Shown piece after piece: positions 1 to 8,653 of a stretch of DNA of 64,000 nt. Under the pieces are notes generated by a model, which saw only the letters and a program-made list of their open reading frames with translations, did no database searches and was not told the origin of the DNA. Made by a program: the position numbers and the translations under genes. The stretch covers positions 773-64,772 of the forward strand of contig JAJDBK010000048.1 in the NCBI GenBank assembly GCA_029261405.1, written 5' to 3'. Within the stretch, counting starts at the first letter, position 1. Each line of letters starts with the position of its first letter. Source of the stretch: Nitrospinaceae bacterium (GTDB taxonomy: Bacteria; Nitrospinota_A; UBA7883; JAJDBK01).

Positions 1-650
1 TAACCTGCGTCTACAACTTTCCGCATGGCGCAAAGCCTTCTTTCAAGGTTGGCCGTTAAAAGTTCGTCGGTATCGATAACCTGTTGGGGGTTTAGGGTCC
101 AGGAGACCACCGTGCGTCCGCCGTGGTTAAGTTTTAGCAGATGATCGACGTTATCCGATTTTGTCTTAAGCTCCAGAAGAACATTCTTGTAACCGGCCAG
201 CCCCTCCACAAGTTCAGCCGAACCGTGCGTCAAAGGATCTACAGCGAGACTGTCACCAAGTTCCCACGACCCGATTCTGAAAAAACGATCTGGCTCTTTT
301 TCTGTCTTCTCAATAACTTCATCAATAATAGCTTTTGTGTCGCCAATCTGGGAGATGGCCGAGTCATTGAGATAACTTTGAAGGAAGCAGTATGAACACT
401 CGTATGGGCAGTTGCTTACCGACCGGAGAACATGGGCGTTGCAACAGATATAATCATCGCTCAACGATGCGCACAACCCTAAAGTCTCCCCCTTTTTACC
501 CGTTATATGAAGCCGGCTCTTCCCGTCACGGACAGACCCATCGACCGGCTTATCTTCAAGGGGCGAGACAATCCGTCCGCTCTCCTTCAGTTTTATGACC
601 GAGCCGCTATTCTCCTGTCCCGGCTCGAAAGTGAATTCTTTAAACGTCAT
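1..650 (-). CDS. Spore-photoproduct-lyase (SplB)-family radical SAM protein, N-terminal ~216 aa; the 3' end runs off the window
   Basis: Missing from the ORF track because it is open at the window edge. My translation from the ATG at 650 reads MTFKEFTFEPGQ...VSNCPYECSYCFLQSY (CX3CX2C triad followed by the LQ context of SplB)...FFRIGSWELGDSLAVDPLTHG...NVDHLLKLNHGGRTVVSWTLNP. This is colinear with B. subtilis SplB as I recall it. The ATG overlaps the upstream stop codon (ATGA). Confidence 0.7.
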   Translation of the reverse strand, partial: MTFKEFTFEPGQENSGSVIKLKESGRIVSPLEDKPVDGSVRDGKSRLHITGKKGETLGLCASLSDDYICCNAHVLRSVSNCPYECSYCFLQSYLNDSAISQIGDTKAIIDEVIEKTEKEPDRFFRIGSWELGDSLAVDPLTHGSAELVEGLAGYKNVLLELKTKSDNVDHLLKLNHGGRTVVSWTLNPQQVIDTDELLTANLERRLCAMRKVVDAG

Positions 651-1591
651 AATTTTGCTAACAGCTCTGTTATGCCGTCGGCGATATCAGGGTTGGCGAG
701 GTTTTTTACAACTACCGGAAAGTCCGCTCGATTCTTTATTATCAGCTCGATTTTTATCTCATGCAGTTCGAGACTTTTGTCCCACGATAATGTCGCGCCG
801 GGTGGCAACGACATATCATTGCGTATTATATCCATCTCGTTACTGATTGCCGTCAGGGCAGGGAGTCTCAATTCCCGGACGTACTCCCGAATGGCGTTGC
901 TCCTGTTATGCGGGGAAATATCCTCGTTCAGAATTTCGTTTACCTTTGCGTTGTTTTTTAAATCATCTACAGTCAATCCGTTTGCCTTAAGGTAGTCCCA
1001 CGTTCGCTCACACAGCTCTTCTATTATCGATGCCGTCAGATGCAGTTTATCGCTCCATGAAAAGACAAGCTTAACCAGCTCTACCGGCAGGCGGGTCAAT
1101 GCGAGAACCTTCTTCATCGGGAAATTTTTTTCGTGACAGAAATCGAGAACCAGAGTCGGCAGTGTCATGGCCGATTCGATCTTGCGTAACACCCGCTCGT
1201 GCGGCTCTAATTTCATCGCCTCGAAATATAGATCGCATACGTCGCTCCGCTTCAGACCGAGTCCTGTAGCGAAAACCGCCCATCGCGCTTTCGATATGAA
1301 AGATGAATTTTCGGTAAGGTTTACTTCATGGAAAACGATGTCTGTTATCTTTTCGACGGGTGTATCCGCTGGCAGGGTCGAGCATGGAACTGACCCGATT
1401 TTTTCCTGAAGCGCATATCCGTATCGTGCGAAACCGTCCACCAGATGACCGTCATGAACTACTACCGGAGTAAGAATACCGCTGGTACTCAAAGACCTGT
1501 ATAGAGCGATCGAACCGCTATTATCTATCTCTCGCAAAAACCGGTACTTCGAGTCAACAGCTTTGATGGAGTCGAGTGGTAATATCTTCAT
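647..1591 (-). CDS. ParB/Srx-like N-terminal domain protein (314 aa) with an uncharacterised helical C-terminal part
   Basis: The N-terminus ILPLDSIKAVDSKYRF...LYRSLSTSGILTPVVVHDGHLVDGFARYGYAL fits the ParBc pattern (I.l..I...R / L..SI...G.l.PiiV / DG.hR..A). The start lies 1 nt after the upstream stop, and its own stop overlaps the next start. Confidence 0.55.
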   Translation of the reverse strand: MKILPLDSIKAVDSKYRFLREIDNSGSIALYRSLSTSGILTPVVVHDGHLVDGFARYGYALQEKIGSVPCSTLPADTPVEKITDIVFHEVNLTENSSFISKARWAVFATGLGLKRSDVCDLYFEAMKLEPHERVLRKIESAMTLPTLVLDFCHEKNFPMKKVLALTRLPVELVKLVFSWSDKLHLTASIIEELCERTWDYLKANGLTVDDLKNNAKVNEILNEDISPHNRSNAIREYVRELRLPALTAISNEMDIIRNDMSLPPGATLSWDKSLELHEIKIELIIKNRADFPVVVKNLANPDIADGITELLAKL

Positions 1592-1592
1592 C

Positions 1593-3053
1593 TTATGAAT
1601 CGAGGGCCGCCAAGGCTGTTTCGTACTCTTCGATTTTTTCGTGTAGATCGCGCTTTAAACTTCCCTGAAGCAAAATGTTCAGCTTCTCCTGCAACACCTC
1701 AGTTATCTCCTTTCTGCAAGCGGGATCACTCTCCGAGTCAAGGGCCTTCGTGAGGGCTTTTACCCTGAAACGGTCCATCGCCTCATACTTTCGTGAAAGC
1801 TGATCTTCGTGACCTCCATGTTTTATCGTTGTCATCGATCCCTCAAGCCCTACCGGGTGATGGCGCGACAAGCGTAACCACAAATCGTAATCCTCGCAAG
1901 CTGGCAAAGATTCGTCAAAACCACCGTAAGCCTCCAAGAGACTCTTTTTAATTAGCGCCGTAGAGGGTGAGACAATGCACAGTTTCAACGATGGCTCAAA
2001 AATCCATCCTTCAGGTTTGGTGTGACGATGACGAGGGTTGACCCTTTTACCGTTTCTGATCCAGACCTCTTCGCTCTGCACAATTTCGTAAAACCGGTTC
2101 GACTCGATGAATTTTAATTGGCATTCCAGTTTCTTCTCCGTCCATTGATCGTCCGAATCGAGAAAAGCGATCCATTCGCCTGTAGCCTTCTTTACACCGA
2201 CGTTTCTGGCGCAGGAGACTCCACGGTTTTCATCGAGAGTTATCACCTTTATACTGTCGCCGAACACTTTTAGCGCTTCCGGGGTTCCATCAGTGGAACC
2301 GTCATCCACAACGATTATTTCATGTGCCGGAACTGATTGGGCCAGAACCGACTCTACACATTCGACGATTCTCTCCTTACGGTTATAAACCGGAATAATC
2401 ACAGAGACATCGCGGTTGACATCTGTCTTGAGGAAAGAAAGAGCTTTTTTCATTCCTTCCCGAACCGTGCCGAGCGCCTGACGATAATTTTTTTCGGCGT
2501 CCACCCCGGAATCGTCGGTAATCATCTTCACAGTATGAAAAGGAATGTTGCGGTTTCCAAATTCCTGCGCCAACGCAAAAACCTCCATATCGACGTAACC
2601 GTGTTCGCGCAAATTTTCGGGCCAGTCGCCGAAAATCGGACGACGAACAGAAACCATCGACCCGTTTATTGACCTCTCCTGTGTAAAAGGGAAGGGGAGC
2701 CGCTGATCTATCTTAATGCGGTTTCCATCTTCGTCGCATACGAGAGAAGGGGTGATCCAGACTCCGCTTTGTGAAATATCACCAACCGCGCCCGCTGTTC
2801 CGATATTGACAACGAAGAGAGGATCGAGATTCTCGCAGATCCATAAAGCCGCCCTCCTTGCGGCCTTAAGCCCGATACCGGTGATGAAGAAAAGAATTTC
2901 AGTATTGCCGGAGCTTGCGCCAAGTCCCACGATCGATTTTAGCTGAACGGAGCGCATGGTAATAATATCGACTCCGGTCGATTCGATCCAGTCAACCGGA
3001 ATTTCGTCCTTGCACGCAACGATGAATACGATCCGGTACTTCTTCTTTGCCAA
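1593..3053 (-). CDS. Fusion protein: N-terminal PNP_UDP_1 (Pfs/MTA-SAH nucleosidase, HpnG-like) domain plus C-terminal family-2 glycosyltransferase
   Basis: Nucleosidase motifs ITGIGLKAARRAA...VVNIGTAGAV and YVDMEVFALAQE...VKMITDDSG. GT2 motifs VSVIIPVYNR...IIVVDDGSTDGT...LDSDD...ACEDYDLWLR. TTG start preceded by GGAG with a 6-nt spacer. Confidence 0.75.
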   Translation of the reverse strand: MAKKKYRIVFIVACKDEIPVDWIESTGVDIITMRSVQLKSIVGLGASSGNTEILFFITGIGLKAARRAALWICENLDPLFVVNIGTAGAVGDISQSGVWITPSLVCDEDGNRIKIDQRLPFPFTQERSINGSMVSVRRPIFGDWPENLREHGYVDMEVFALAQEFGNRNIPFHTVKMITDDSGVDAEKNYRQALGTVREGMKKALSFLKTDVNRDVSVIIPVYNRKERIVECVESVLAQSVPAHEIIVVDDGSTDGTPEALKVFGDSIKVITLDENRGVSCARNVGVKKATGEWIAFLDSDDQWTEKKLECQLKFIESNRFYEIVQSEEVWIRNGKRVNPRHRHTKPEGWIFEPSLKLCIVSPSTALIKKSLLEAYGGFDESLPACEDYDLWLRLSRHHPVGLEGSMTTIKHGGHEDQLSRKYEAMDRFRVKALTKALDSESDPACRKEITEVLQEKLNILLQGSLKRDLHEKIEEYETALAALDS

Positions 3054-3116
3054 TCAAAACTCCTGTAGAATGACGGTGCGATCTATTTTACATTCATAAT
3101 TTGGTGTGTTGGCAAA

Positions 3117-3521
3117 ATGAAGTATGGCAGATTGAATATAATCGTTGGTTGTGTGGTCATATTCATTGCGGCGCTAGGCGGATTCGCCCTCGGATTCACC
3201 ATTGAGAACAATCTCAATGATGATATCTATATGGTAAGCTACACCCGGCTACTCCTGAAAGCGGGCCACACCCACGGAATGCCGTTCGCCCTCTACAACC
3301 TTATTATCGGTTCCCTTGCTGATCGACTGGAGCTTGCAGACAGAATGAAAAAACGGCTCTCTTACCTTGCCATCGGAACGCTTTTCATGCCGATCGGACT
3401 TATCCTGCGAGGTCTGACAGGCGGCGCCATGACCTTTGCGCCTGTGGTAATGATCGGGGCTCTCTGTTTCCTGGGGTCAACTGGAATAATGTTAAAAGGG
3501 GCCTTGGACTCCAGGGAGTAA
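3117..3521 (+). CDS. Small integral membrane protein (about 4 TM), function unknown
   Basis: Four hydrophobic helices and a conserved-looking LLLKAGHTHGM segment. The next ORF starts 3 nt downstream. Confidence 0.5.
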   Translation: MKYGRLNIIVGCVVIFIAALGGFALGFTIENNLNDDIYMVSYTRLLLKAGHTHGMPFALYNLIIGSLADRLELADRMKKRLSYLAIGTLFMPIGLILRGLTGGAMTFAPVVMIGALCFLGSTGIMLKGALDSRE

Positions 3522-3524
3522 CAG

Positions 3525-3755
3525 ATGAATCCAATTACATCCGCTATTATCGGCCTGTTTGCTTTCGGTCTTTTTATTCTGGCGTTGCGGCTTGGGATCA
3601 CCGTTGGTGGTCTTTTTCTTCTGCTGGCGGGAGGTGTTTTTACCGCATATTACCTCGGTTATTTTCAGGGAAGAAGAGCGCGCGACGACAAACCTCGCAA
3701 ACCGGGCGCCAGACCGGACGGTAACGGAGCGCCGGGGGGGGGGCCGCTGGTATAA
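3525..3755 (+). CDS. Small 2-TM membrane protein with a basic, Gly/Pro-rich tail
   Basis: ATG 3 nt after the upstream stop. Two clear TM helices. The tail contains the G10 tract. Confidence 0.4.
   Translation: MNPITSAIIGLFAFGLFILALRLGITVGGLFLLLAGGVFTAYYLGYFQGRRARDDKPRKPGARPDGNGAPGGGPLV
3734..3743. repeat. Homopolymeric G10 tract
   Basis: Read directly: gcc-GGGGGGGGGG-ccgctggtataa. It encodes GGG near the C-terminus of the 3525..3755 ORF. Confidence 0.95.
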
Positions 3756-4343
3756 TCAGGGGCAGGTTTTGTTGAGCCGGGTAAACCTTGATTTCACCCA
3801 CGGGATTCGGAAAACGAACAGGAACGCCATCATAGCCAGATAGACAAGCGCCTCGCTCTTCTCCTTTTTCAGCAACCAGTAGAAGTGCAACACCGCAATG
3901 GCCGTGGCCGGGTATACCAGCAGGTTTATAACCACGGCGTAATTTCTGAGACGGACGGCTCCGAACCTGAAAGATGTTATGGCTCTCGGTGTAATCAGGA
4001 GCAGAGCCGTCAGTCCCGCCAGAACGTATGGTTTCGTAAAAATGCCGTCACTTATGAGGTTGTAGTCGAACCTGTAATCGACTCCGAAAAAGATGAAAGC
4101 GTGCAGGACGGCGTAGAAGTATGTGTACAGACCGGTGAGTCTTCTGAAAGTCAGTGCACTGGCGCGTCCGGTTATGATCCTGGTGATGGTAATGGTGTGG
4201 GTTACGAGGAGCAGGGTAAGGGCGGCGTTTCCGGTTCTGTGGGTGACATCTTCAATCGGATTAGGCGACAGTTGTCCGAAATATATGTCCCAACAAATCG
4301 CTGTTAGCGGCAGAAGAGCCAGAACATGAGCGGCGAACCTCAA
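3756..4343 (-). CDS. msrQ: Protein-methionine-sulfoxide reductase haem-binding membrane subunit MsrQ (YedZ)
   Basis: Six-TM ferric-reductase-like protein directly downstream of msrP. The N-terminus (...SPNPIEDVTHRTGNAALTLLL...) is typical of YedZ. Confidence 0.8.
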   Translation of the reverse strand: MRFAAHVLALLPLTAICWDIYFGQLSPNPIEDVTHRTGNAALTLLLVTHTITITRIITGRASALTFRRLTGLYTYFYAVLHAFIFFGVDYRFDYNLISDGIFTKPYVLAGLTALLLITPRAITSFRFGAVRLRNYAVVINLLVYPATAIAVLHFYWLLKKEKSEALVYLAMMAFLFVFRIPWVKSRFTRLNKTCP

Positions 4344-4345
4344 TT

Positions 4346-5212
4346 CTAAAAATTCCGTTTCAGATCGAGACCTTTGTACAGTGAACTGACCTGCTTCCCG
4401 TATCCGTTGAACATGAGGGTTTTGCGTCTCAAAAAATCGCCTATCCGTCGTTCCGAGGCTTGAGACCAGCGGGGGTGGCTTACGTTCGGATTTACGTTGG
4501 CGTAAAATCCGTATTCGGACGGACCCGATTGCATCCAGAGGCTTTGTGGTTTTTCTTTTACCAGTTCAATCTTCACAATAGACTTGATACTCTTGAAACC
4601 GTACTTCCACGGAACTACAAGCCGTACCGGCGCTCCGTTTTGCGGTTTTAGAGGTTTGCCGTCAATTCCCGTTGCCAGAAGAGTGAGCGGGTGACGGGCC
4701 TCGTCCATAGTAAGCCCCTCCACGTAAGGCCACGGAAAAGAGCCGCTCTTCTGTCCCGGCATCCGATTTTTGTCGTAGAGGGAGACGAAACGGACATATC
4801 TGGCGTCAGAGGTCGGCTCAACTTTTTTCAGCAACTCGCTAAGCGCAATTCCCTCCCAGGGAATAACCATAGACCACGCCTCGACGCAACGCATTCTGTA
4901 AACACGTTCGACTTTATCAAAACCTCTCCTGATATCATCCAAATCGAAAATTCCGGGGTTTTTTACAAGCCCGTCAACCTTGATCGACCAGGGGTAGGTT
5001 TTAAAGTCGGCTGATAACTCTTTTACTTCGGTTTTGTTTGTGGAGAATTCGTAAAAGTTGTTGTAGCTGGTAATGGCCGAGTAGCTGGTAACAGTATCAC
5101 CAAGCTCATCCTTAAGGTCGGCCCGTGCGGCGCTGGATAACCCGGCAAACCCGGTTGCCGAAACGCCAATAACTGTGGCTACACCCTTTTTCAGGAATTT
5201 TCGTCTATCCAT
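4346..5212 (-). CDS. msrP: Protein-methionine-sulfoxide reductase molybdopterin catalytic subunit MsrP (YedY), TAT-exported
   Basis: Twin-arginine signal MDRRKFLKKG...AARA. Sulfite-oxidase-family core (YRMRCVEAWSMVIPWEG, VRLVVPWKYGFKSIKSIVKIEL). Confidence 0.85.
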   Translation of the reverse strand: MDRRKFLKKGVATVIGVSATGFAGLSSAARADLKDELGDTVTSYSAITSYNNFYEFSTNKTEVKELSADFKTYPWSIKVDGLVKNPGIFDLDDIRRGFDKVERVYRMRCVEAWSMVIPWEGIALSELLKKVEPTSDARYVRFVSLYDKNRMPGQKSGSFPWPYVEGLTMDEARHPLTLLATGIDGKPLKPQNGAPVRLVVPWKYGFKSIKSIVKIELVKEKPQSLWMQSGPSEYGFYANVNPNVSHPRWSQASERRIGDFLRRKTLMFNGYGKQVSSLYKGLDLKRNF

Positions 5213-5229
5213 CGTCCACTCCTTTGGTG

Positions 5230-6045
5230 TTACATACCTTTTTCGAGCCTGCGAATTGTAAAGAGAGTTTCTTCAAGTTTCTGGTTGTATTTGACGTTGC
5301 TGTTTTTCAGAACTGTTTTATGGGTTATGCTCTTGCCCCGCTTTGTGGTCATGGTTATTTCCAGCGAGGTCCAGATACCGTCAATGAGTTCGAGTTGTTT
5401 GACATCCAGATATTTTCTTTTTGAACCATCCTTCTCCCAATGGACCGCCCGCACCACAACGAAGTTGTCCTGGCGGATCAGGACGATAGACTTTGTATAC
5501 CCGGTCTCTTCTATTACATCCTGGTTTCTGGGAGTAGACTCGATTACCCACACCTTTTCGCCCCTGACTTCCGCCTCCTTGAGCAGTTTGAAATCGTAGT
5601 CGGTCAGATTTTTCGAGGACATATCAGAATAGTTGAAGTCCGAACCCATGAAACTTCCGCTCTTGTCCGAAGACGCGATTCTTTTTGTCTTCTTTAAAGC
5701 CGGAAGGTAGAGCCACTGGTCGTCGTCTTTCTCTTCGTCGTCGTAATCGTAGGTAAGAAACCCGGTGTTCTTTACGTCGGCCGGACTCAGAAAAAACATC
5801 AGCTTGTAGGAGTCCTCCCCGATATCTTTTGAGAAGAATCTGATATTGCGTTTACGTTCCGATCCGTTCTTGTCGATTAAGGTCATCTCCATATCGGAGA
5901 TCATGTTATCACCGTCATCACGGGCGTCCATCTTTTCCATGATGGCGCGGGCTTTCTTGTCGTCGGCCATAGCCTGCCCGCCAAGTGTGACAAAAAACGC
6001 CAGGAGCAAAAATATCGTGACGCTGATTTTCTTTATATATGACAT
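5230..6045 (-). CDS. LolA-like outer-membrane lipoprotein-sorting family protein (periplasmic partner of the adjacent RND exporter)
   Basis: Signal peptide, then MDARDDGDN...WLYLPALKKTKRIASSDKSGSFMGSDFNYSDM, typical of this family. I prefer the ATG at 6045 (MSYIKK...), 1 nt after the RND stop, over the track start at 6069. Confidence 0.7.
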   Translation of the reverse strand: MSYIKKISVTIFLLLAFFVTLGGQAMADDKKARAIMEKMDARDDGDNMISDMEMTLIDKNGSERKRNIRFFSKDIGEDSYKLMFFLSPADVKNTGFLTYDYDDEEKDDDQWLYLPALKKTKRIASSDKSGSFMGSDFNYSDMSSKNLTDYDFKLLKEAEVRGEKVWVIESTPRNQDVIEETGYTKSIVLIRQDNFVVVRAVHWEKDGSKRKYLDVKQLELIDGIWTSLEITMTTKRGKSITHKTVLKNSNVKYNQKLEETLFTIRRLEKGM

Positions 6046-6046
6046 C

Positions 6047-8464
6047 TCAATCATCCTTATGATACACAAGTTTCATCAAGGCTGGCGCCAGGAAAAAATC
6101 GGCCAGAAGCGCGCAGATTATCGTAATGCCTGTGAGCAGTCCGAAGTTAAAGAGGTTTTTCATGGTGGCGAACATGAATATAAAAAATCCGGATGAGAGT
6201 ACAATAGTGGTAACGATCATGGCTCTCCCGGTGGTTAGCAAAGTTTCCCTCACTGCTGTTGCAACGTTTCCGGTTTTAGCGAAATACTTTCGGAAATTGT
6301 GCATGAAATGTACGGTGTCATCCACCGCCATCCCTATGGCTATCGATCCGATCAGCATGGTGAACATATCGAGGGGAGTTCCCTTGAGACCCATTATCCC
6401 GATGATAAATATTATGGGGAAAAAATTAGGAATCATGGCGATAGCGCCCATTCTGACACTACCTACAAGTAACATCATCATAACTGTTATGACGAATCCG
6501 GCTATGACATAACTTTTTGCCGCGCTATGGATAGCGGCGCTCAAGGTTCGTCCCAACAGGGCAATAAGGCCGGTAGCGCTGATTTTGGCCTCCTGTCCGA
6601 ATACCTCCCTGAACCTGCTCTCAATATGTGTCATAAACTTTCCGTAAACGATTGCGTCGAGCCAGCCGGTTTTGATGGTGAACCTTGCTTTGGTGAACTG
6701 GCTGTCGCTAAAATCCTCCATATCATCAGAACCTGAGTTTTCGAAAAGGAGAAACTCCTGGGCGATCAGCTTGCGGTTGTCAGGCGTTTTGTAATACTCC
6801 GGCCTGTTTTCGTTTAACGCCCGGTTGGTCTCTTTTAAAATATCCGTAATGGCGATGGTTTTTCCAACTAACACCTTTCCGATCTGGGCGCCGGTAAGCT
6901 CGACAGCCAAACCGTCGATCTTTTTCAGGATTGCAGGATCGTATAGACCATTCTCCTTGCCGGTGTCGATAATCACCTCAAGGGTTGTGGAGCCTTTCAT
7001 ATTTTTATCAATTCGCTCGGTGGCAATCCGTATTTCCGAATCTTCTGGGAACCAGACCAGCGGGTTGTGCGAGAAATAGACTGTGGAGGCAAACGCGCCT
7101 GCAATAACCAGAATGACCAGAAATATCGCTACCACACTTTTTGCGTAGGTTGTCGATATATCGGCCACACCGATCAACAACCTGTCGAGAGTCGATGATC
7201 TTTCCCTATGGTGATCCTTCGTACCTTTCTCTACAGGGAACAGGGATATGAGCGCAGGTAACAATACGACTGTATATATGAATCCAAGCATTACGCCGAA
7301 TGCGGCGAACATGCCCAGGTCGGCTATGGGGGCGACTTCGGCGGTGGAGAAAGATCCGAGGCCTGCGGCGGTGGTGACGCTTGTCATCAGTATGGCAATG
7401 CCGGAATGCTCCACCGTCCATATGATCGCGTCTCGTTTATTCTCTCCGTTTTCAATACGGTAATAAAATATCGCCAGGATATGGACTGCGTCACCGACAC
7501 AGACAGCCATAAGAAAGGAGGGGATTATCTGGGTTGGCAGTTTTATGGGGACTCCGAAGGCGGCCATAAGGCCTATGGTGGATAGTACCGACAGGATCAC
7601 TATGGCCAATGAAAAAACGACAGCCGACACCCGCCTGAACGTGATGAAGAGTAATAAAGAGATAATCAGGATCGCCATGACCATGAACTTGCGCATGTCA
7701 CTCATCATGCTGGCTTTCAGGGTCCGTGTTACGACTGGCGAACCGGCGATAGTTATCATGAAATCGGCGGTGTCATATTTCTTTGCTATCTCGCGGACAG
7801 CGTCCACCACGGCGTTGTTCTGGGTATCCGTAAGGGAGGGTCTTGACCTGTCCCCTTTCGGTGGAGGCCCCGGACTCTCCTCCTCTTCAAATCCTTCGAG
7901 AGCGTCTTCCGTCGATTCTGTCTCATCGGCGAAACCGTGGGTCTTGATAACAATGGTTGTGAACGCTCCGTCCTCTGATACAAGCAGGTTTTTGTAGAAC
8001 GGATTCGACATCACTTTTTTCCGCAGACTCTTCAGATCCTCTTCGGTTTCCGGGAAATTTTCCAGCAGATCCTCGACGATTAACTCGCTCTCTTTACCCA
8101 GGGTGTTACGGGCGTTGACCATGCTGGTTATGTCGTCGAGATACGGAACGTTATTCTCGAACTCGTTATGGAGTGACTTTAGCTTTTGAAGGAATTTTAC
8201 ATTAAACAGGTCGGGTGGTTTTATCGCCACGAGAATCATTTCATCCCGACCGAACTGTTGGCGGAAATCGTAATAGTCAACCAACGCCGGATCGTCAGCG
8301 TGCAAAAATCCCTCTGTCGAGGTGTCAATGGTCAGTTTCGGCAAGTTGGAGAGAATGACCGCCACAAACAAAAATAGCCCGAACAGGGCTTTGAGCCTGT
8401 TGTCGTAGATCCACCCTGTTGTTTGACCAAACATTTTTTCAATGCGATTGCGCATCTCTTCCAT
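6047..8464 (-). CDS. RND-superfamily exporter (MMPL/HpnN-like, two 6-TM bundles)
   Basis: 805 aa. The N-terminal region DDPALVDYYDFRQQFGRDEMILVAI is typical of this group. Two repeated TM bundles and two periplasmic loops. Confidence 0.8.
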   Translation of the reverse strand: MEEMRNRIEKMFGQTTGWIYDNRLKALFGLFLFVAVILSNLPKLTIDTSTEGFLHADDPALVDYYDFRQQFGRDEMILVAIKPPDLFNVKFLQKLKSLHNEFENNVPYLDDITSMVNARNTLGKESELIVEDLLENFPETEEDLKSLRKKVMSNPFYKNLLVSEDGAFTTIVIKTHGFADETESTEDALEGFEEEESPGPPPKGDRSRPSLTDTQNNAVVDAVREIAKKYDTADFMITIAGSPVVTRTLKASMMSDMRKFMVMAILIISLLLFITFRRVSAVVFSLAIVILSVLSTIGLMAAFGVPIKLPTQIIPSFLMAVCVGDAVHILAIFYYRIENGENKRDAIIWTVEHSGIAILMTSVTTAAGLGSFSTAEVAPIADLGMFAAFGVMLGFIYTVVLLPALISLFPVEKGTKDHHRERSSTLDRLLIGVADISTTYAKSVVAIFLVILVIAGAFASTVYFSHNPLVWFPEDSEIRIATERIDKNMKGSTTLEVIIDTGKENGLYDPAILKKIDGLAVELTGAQIGKVLVGKTIAITDILKETNRALNENRPEYYKTPDNRKLIAQEFLLFENSGSDDMEDFSDSQFTKARFTIKTGWLDAIVYGKFMTHIESRFREVFGQEAKISATGLIALLGRTLSAAIHSAAKSYVIAGFVITVMMMLLVGSVRMGAIAMIPNFFPIIFIIGIMGLKGTPLDMFTMLIGSIAIGMAVDDTVHFMHNFRKYFAKTGNVATAVRETLLTTGRAMIVTTIVLSSGFFIFMFATMKNLFNFGLLTGITIICALLADFFLAPALMKLVYHKDD

Positions 8465-8653
8465 AACATCTTCTTTCGCTGACTGTTAACGCATATCGGG
8501 TCATTTAACCATGAAATAAGTAACATGCTAAATTCATTCTGCCTATACGCTCATAACATACGCGAATGAATAGGCGTGGTGACCTGCTGGAGACAGCAAC
8601 CAGTCACAGGTAATTCCAGGAGTCTGTCGGACTTGGGATGATTCTGCTACAAA

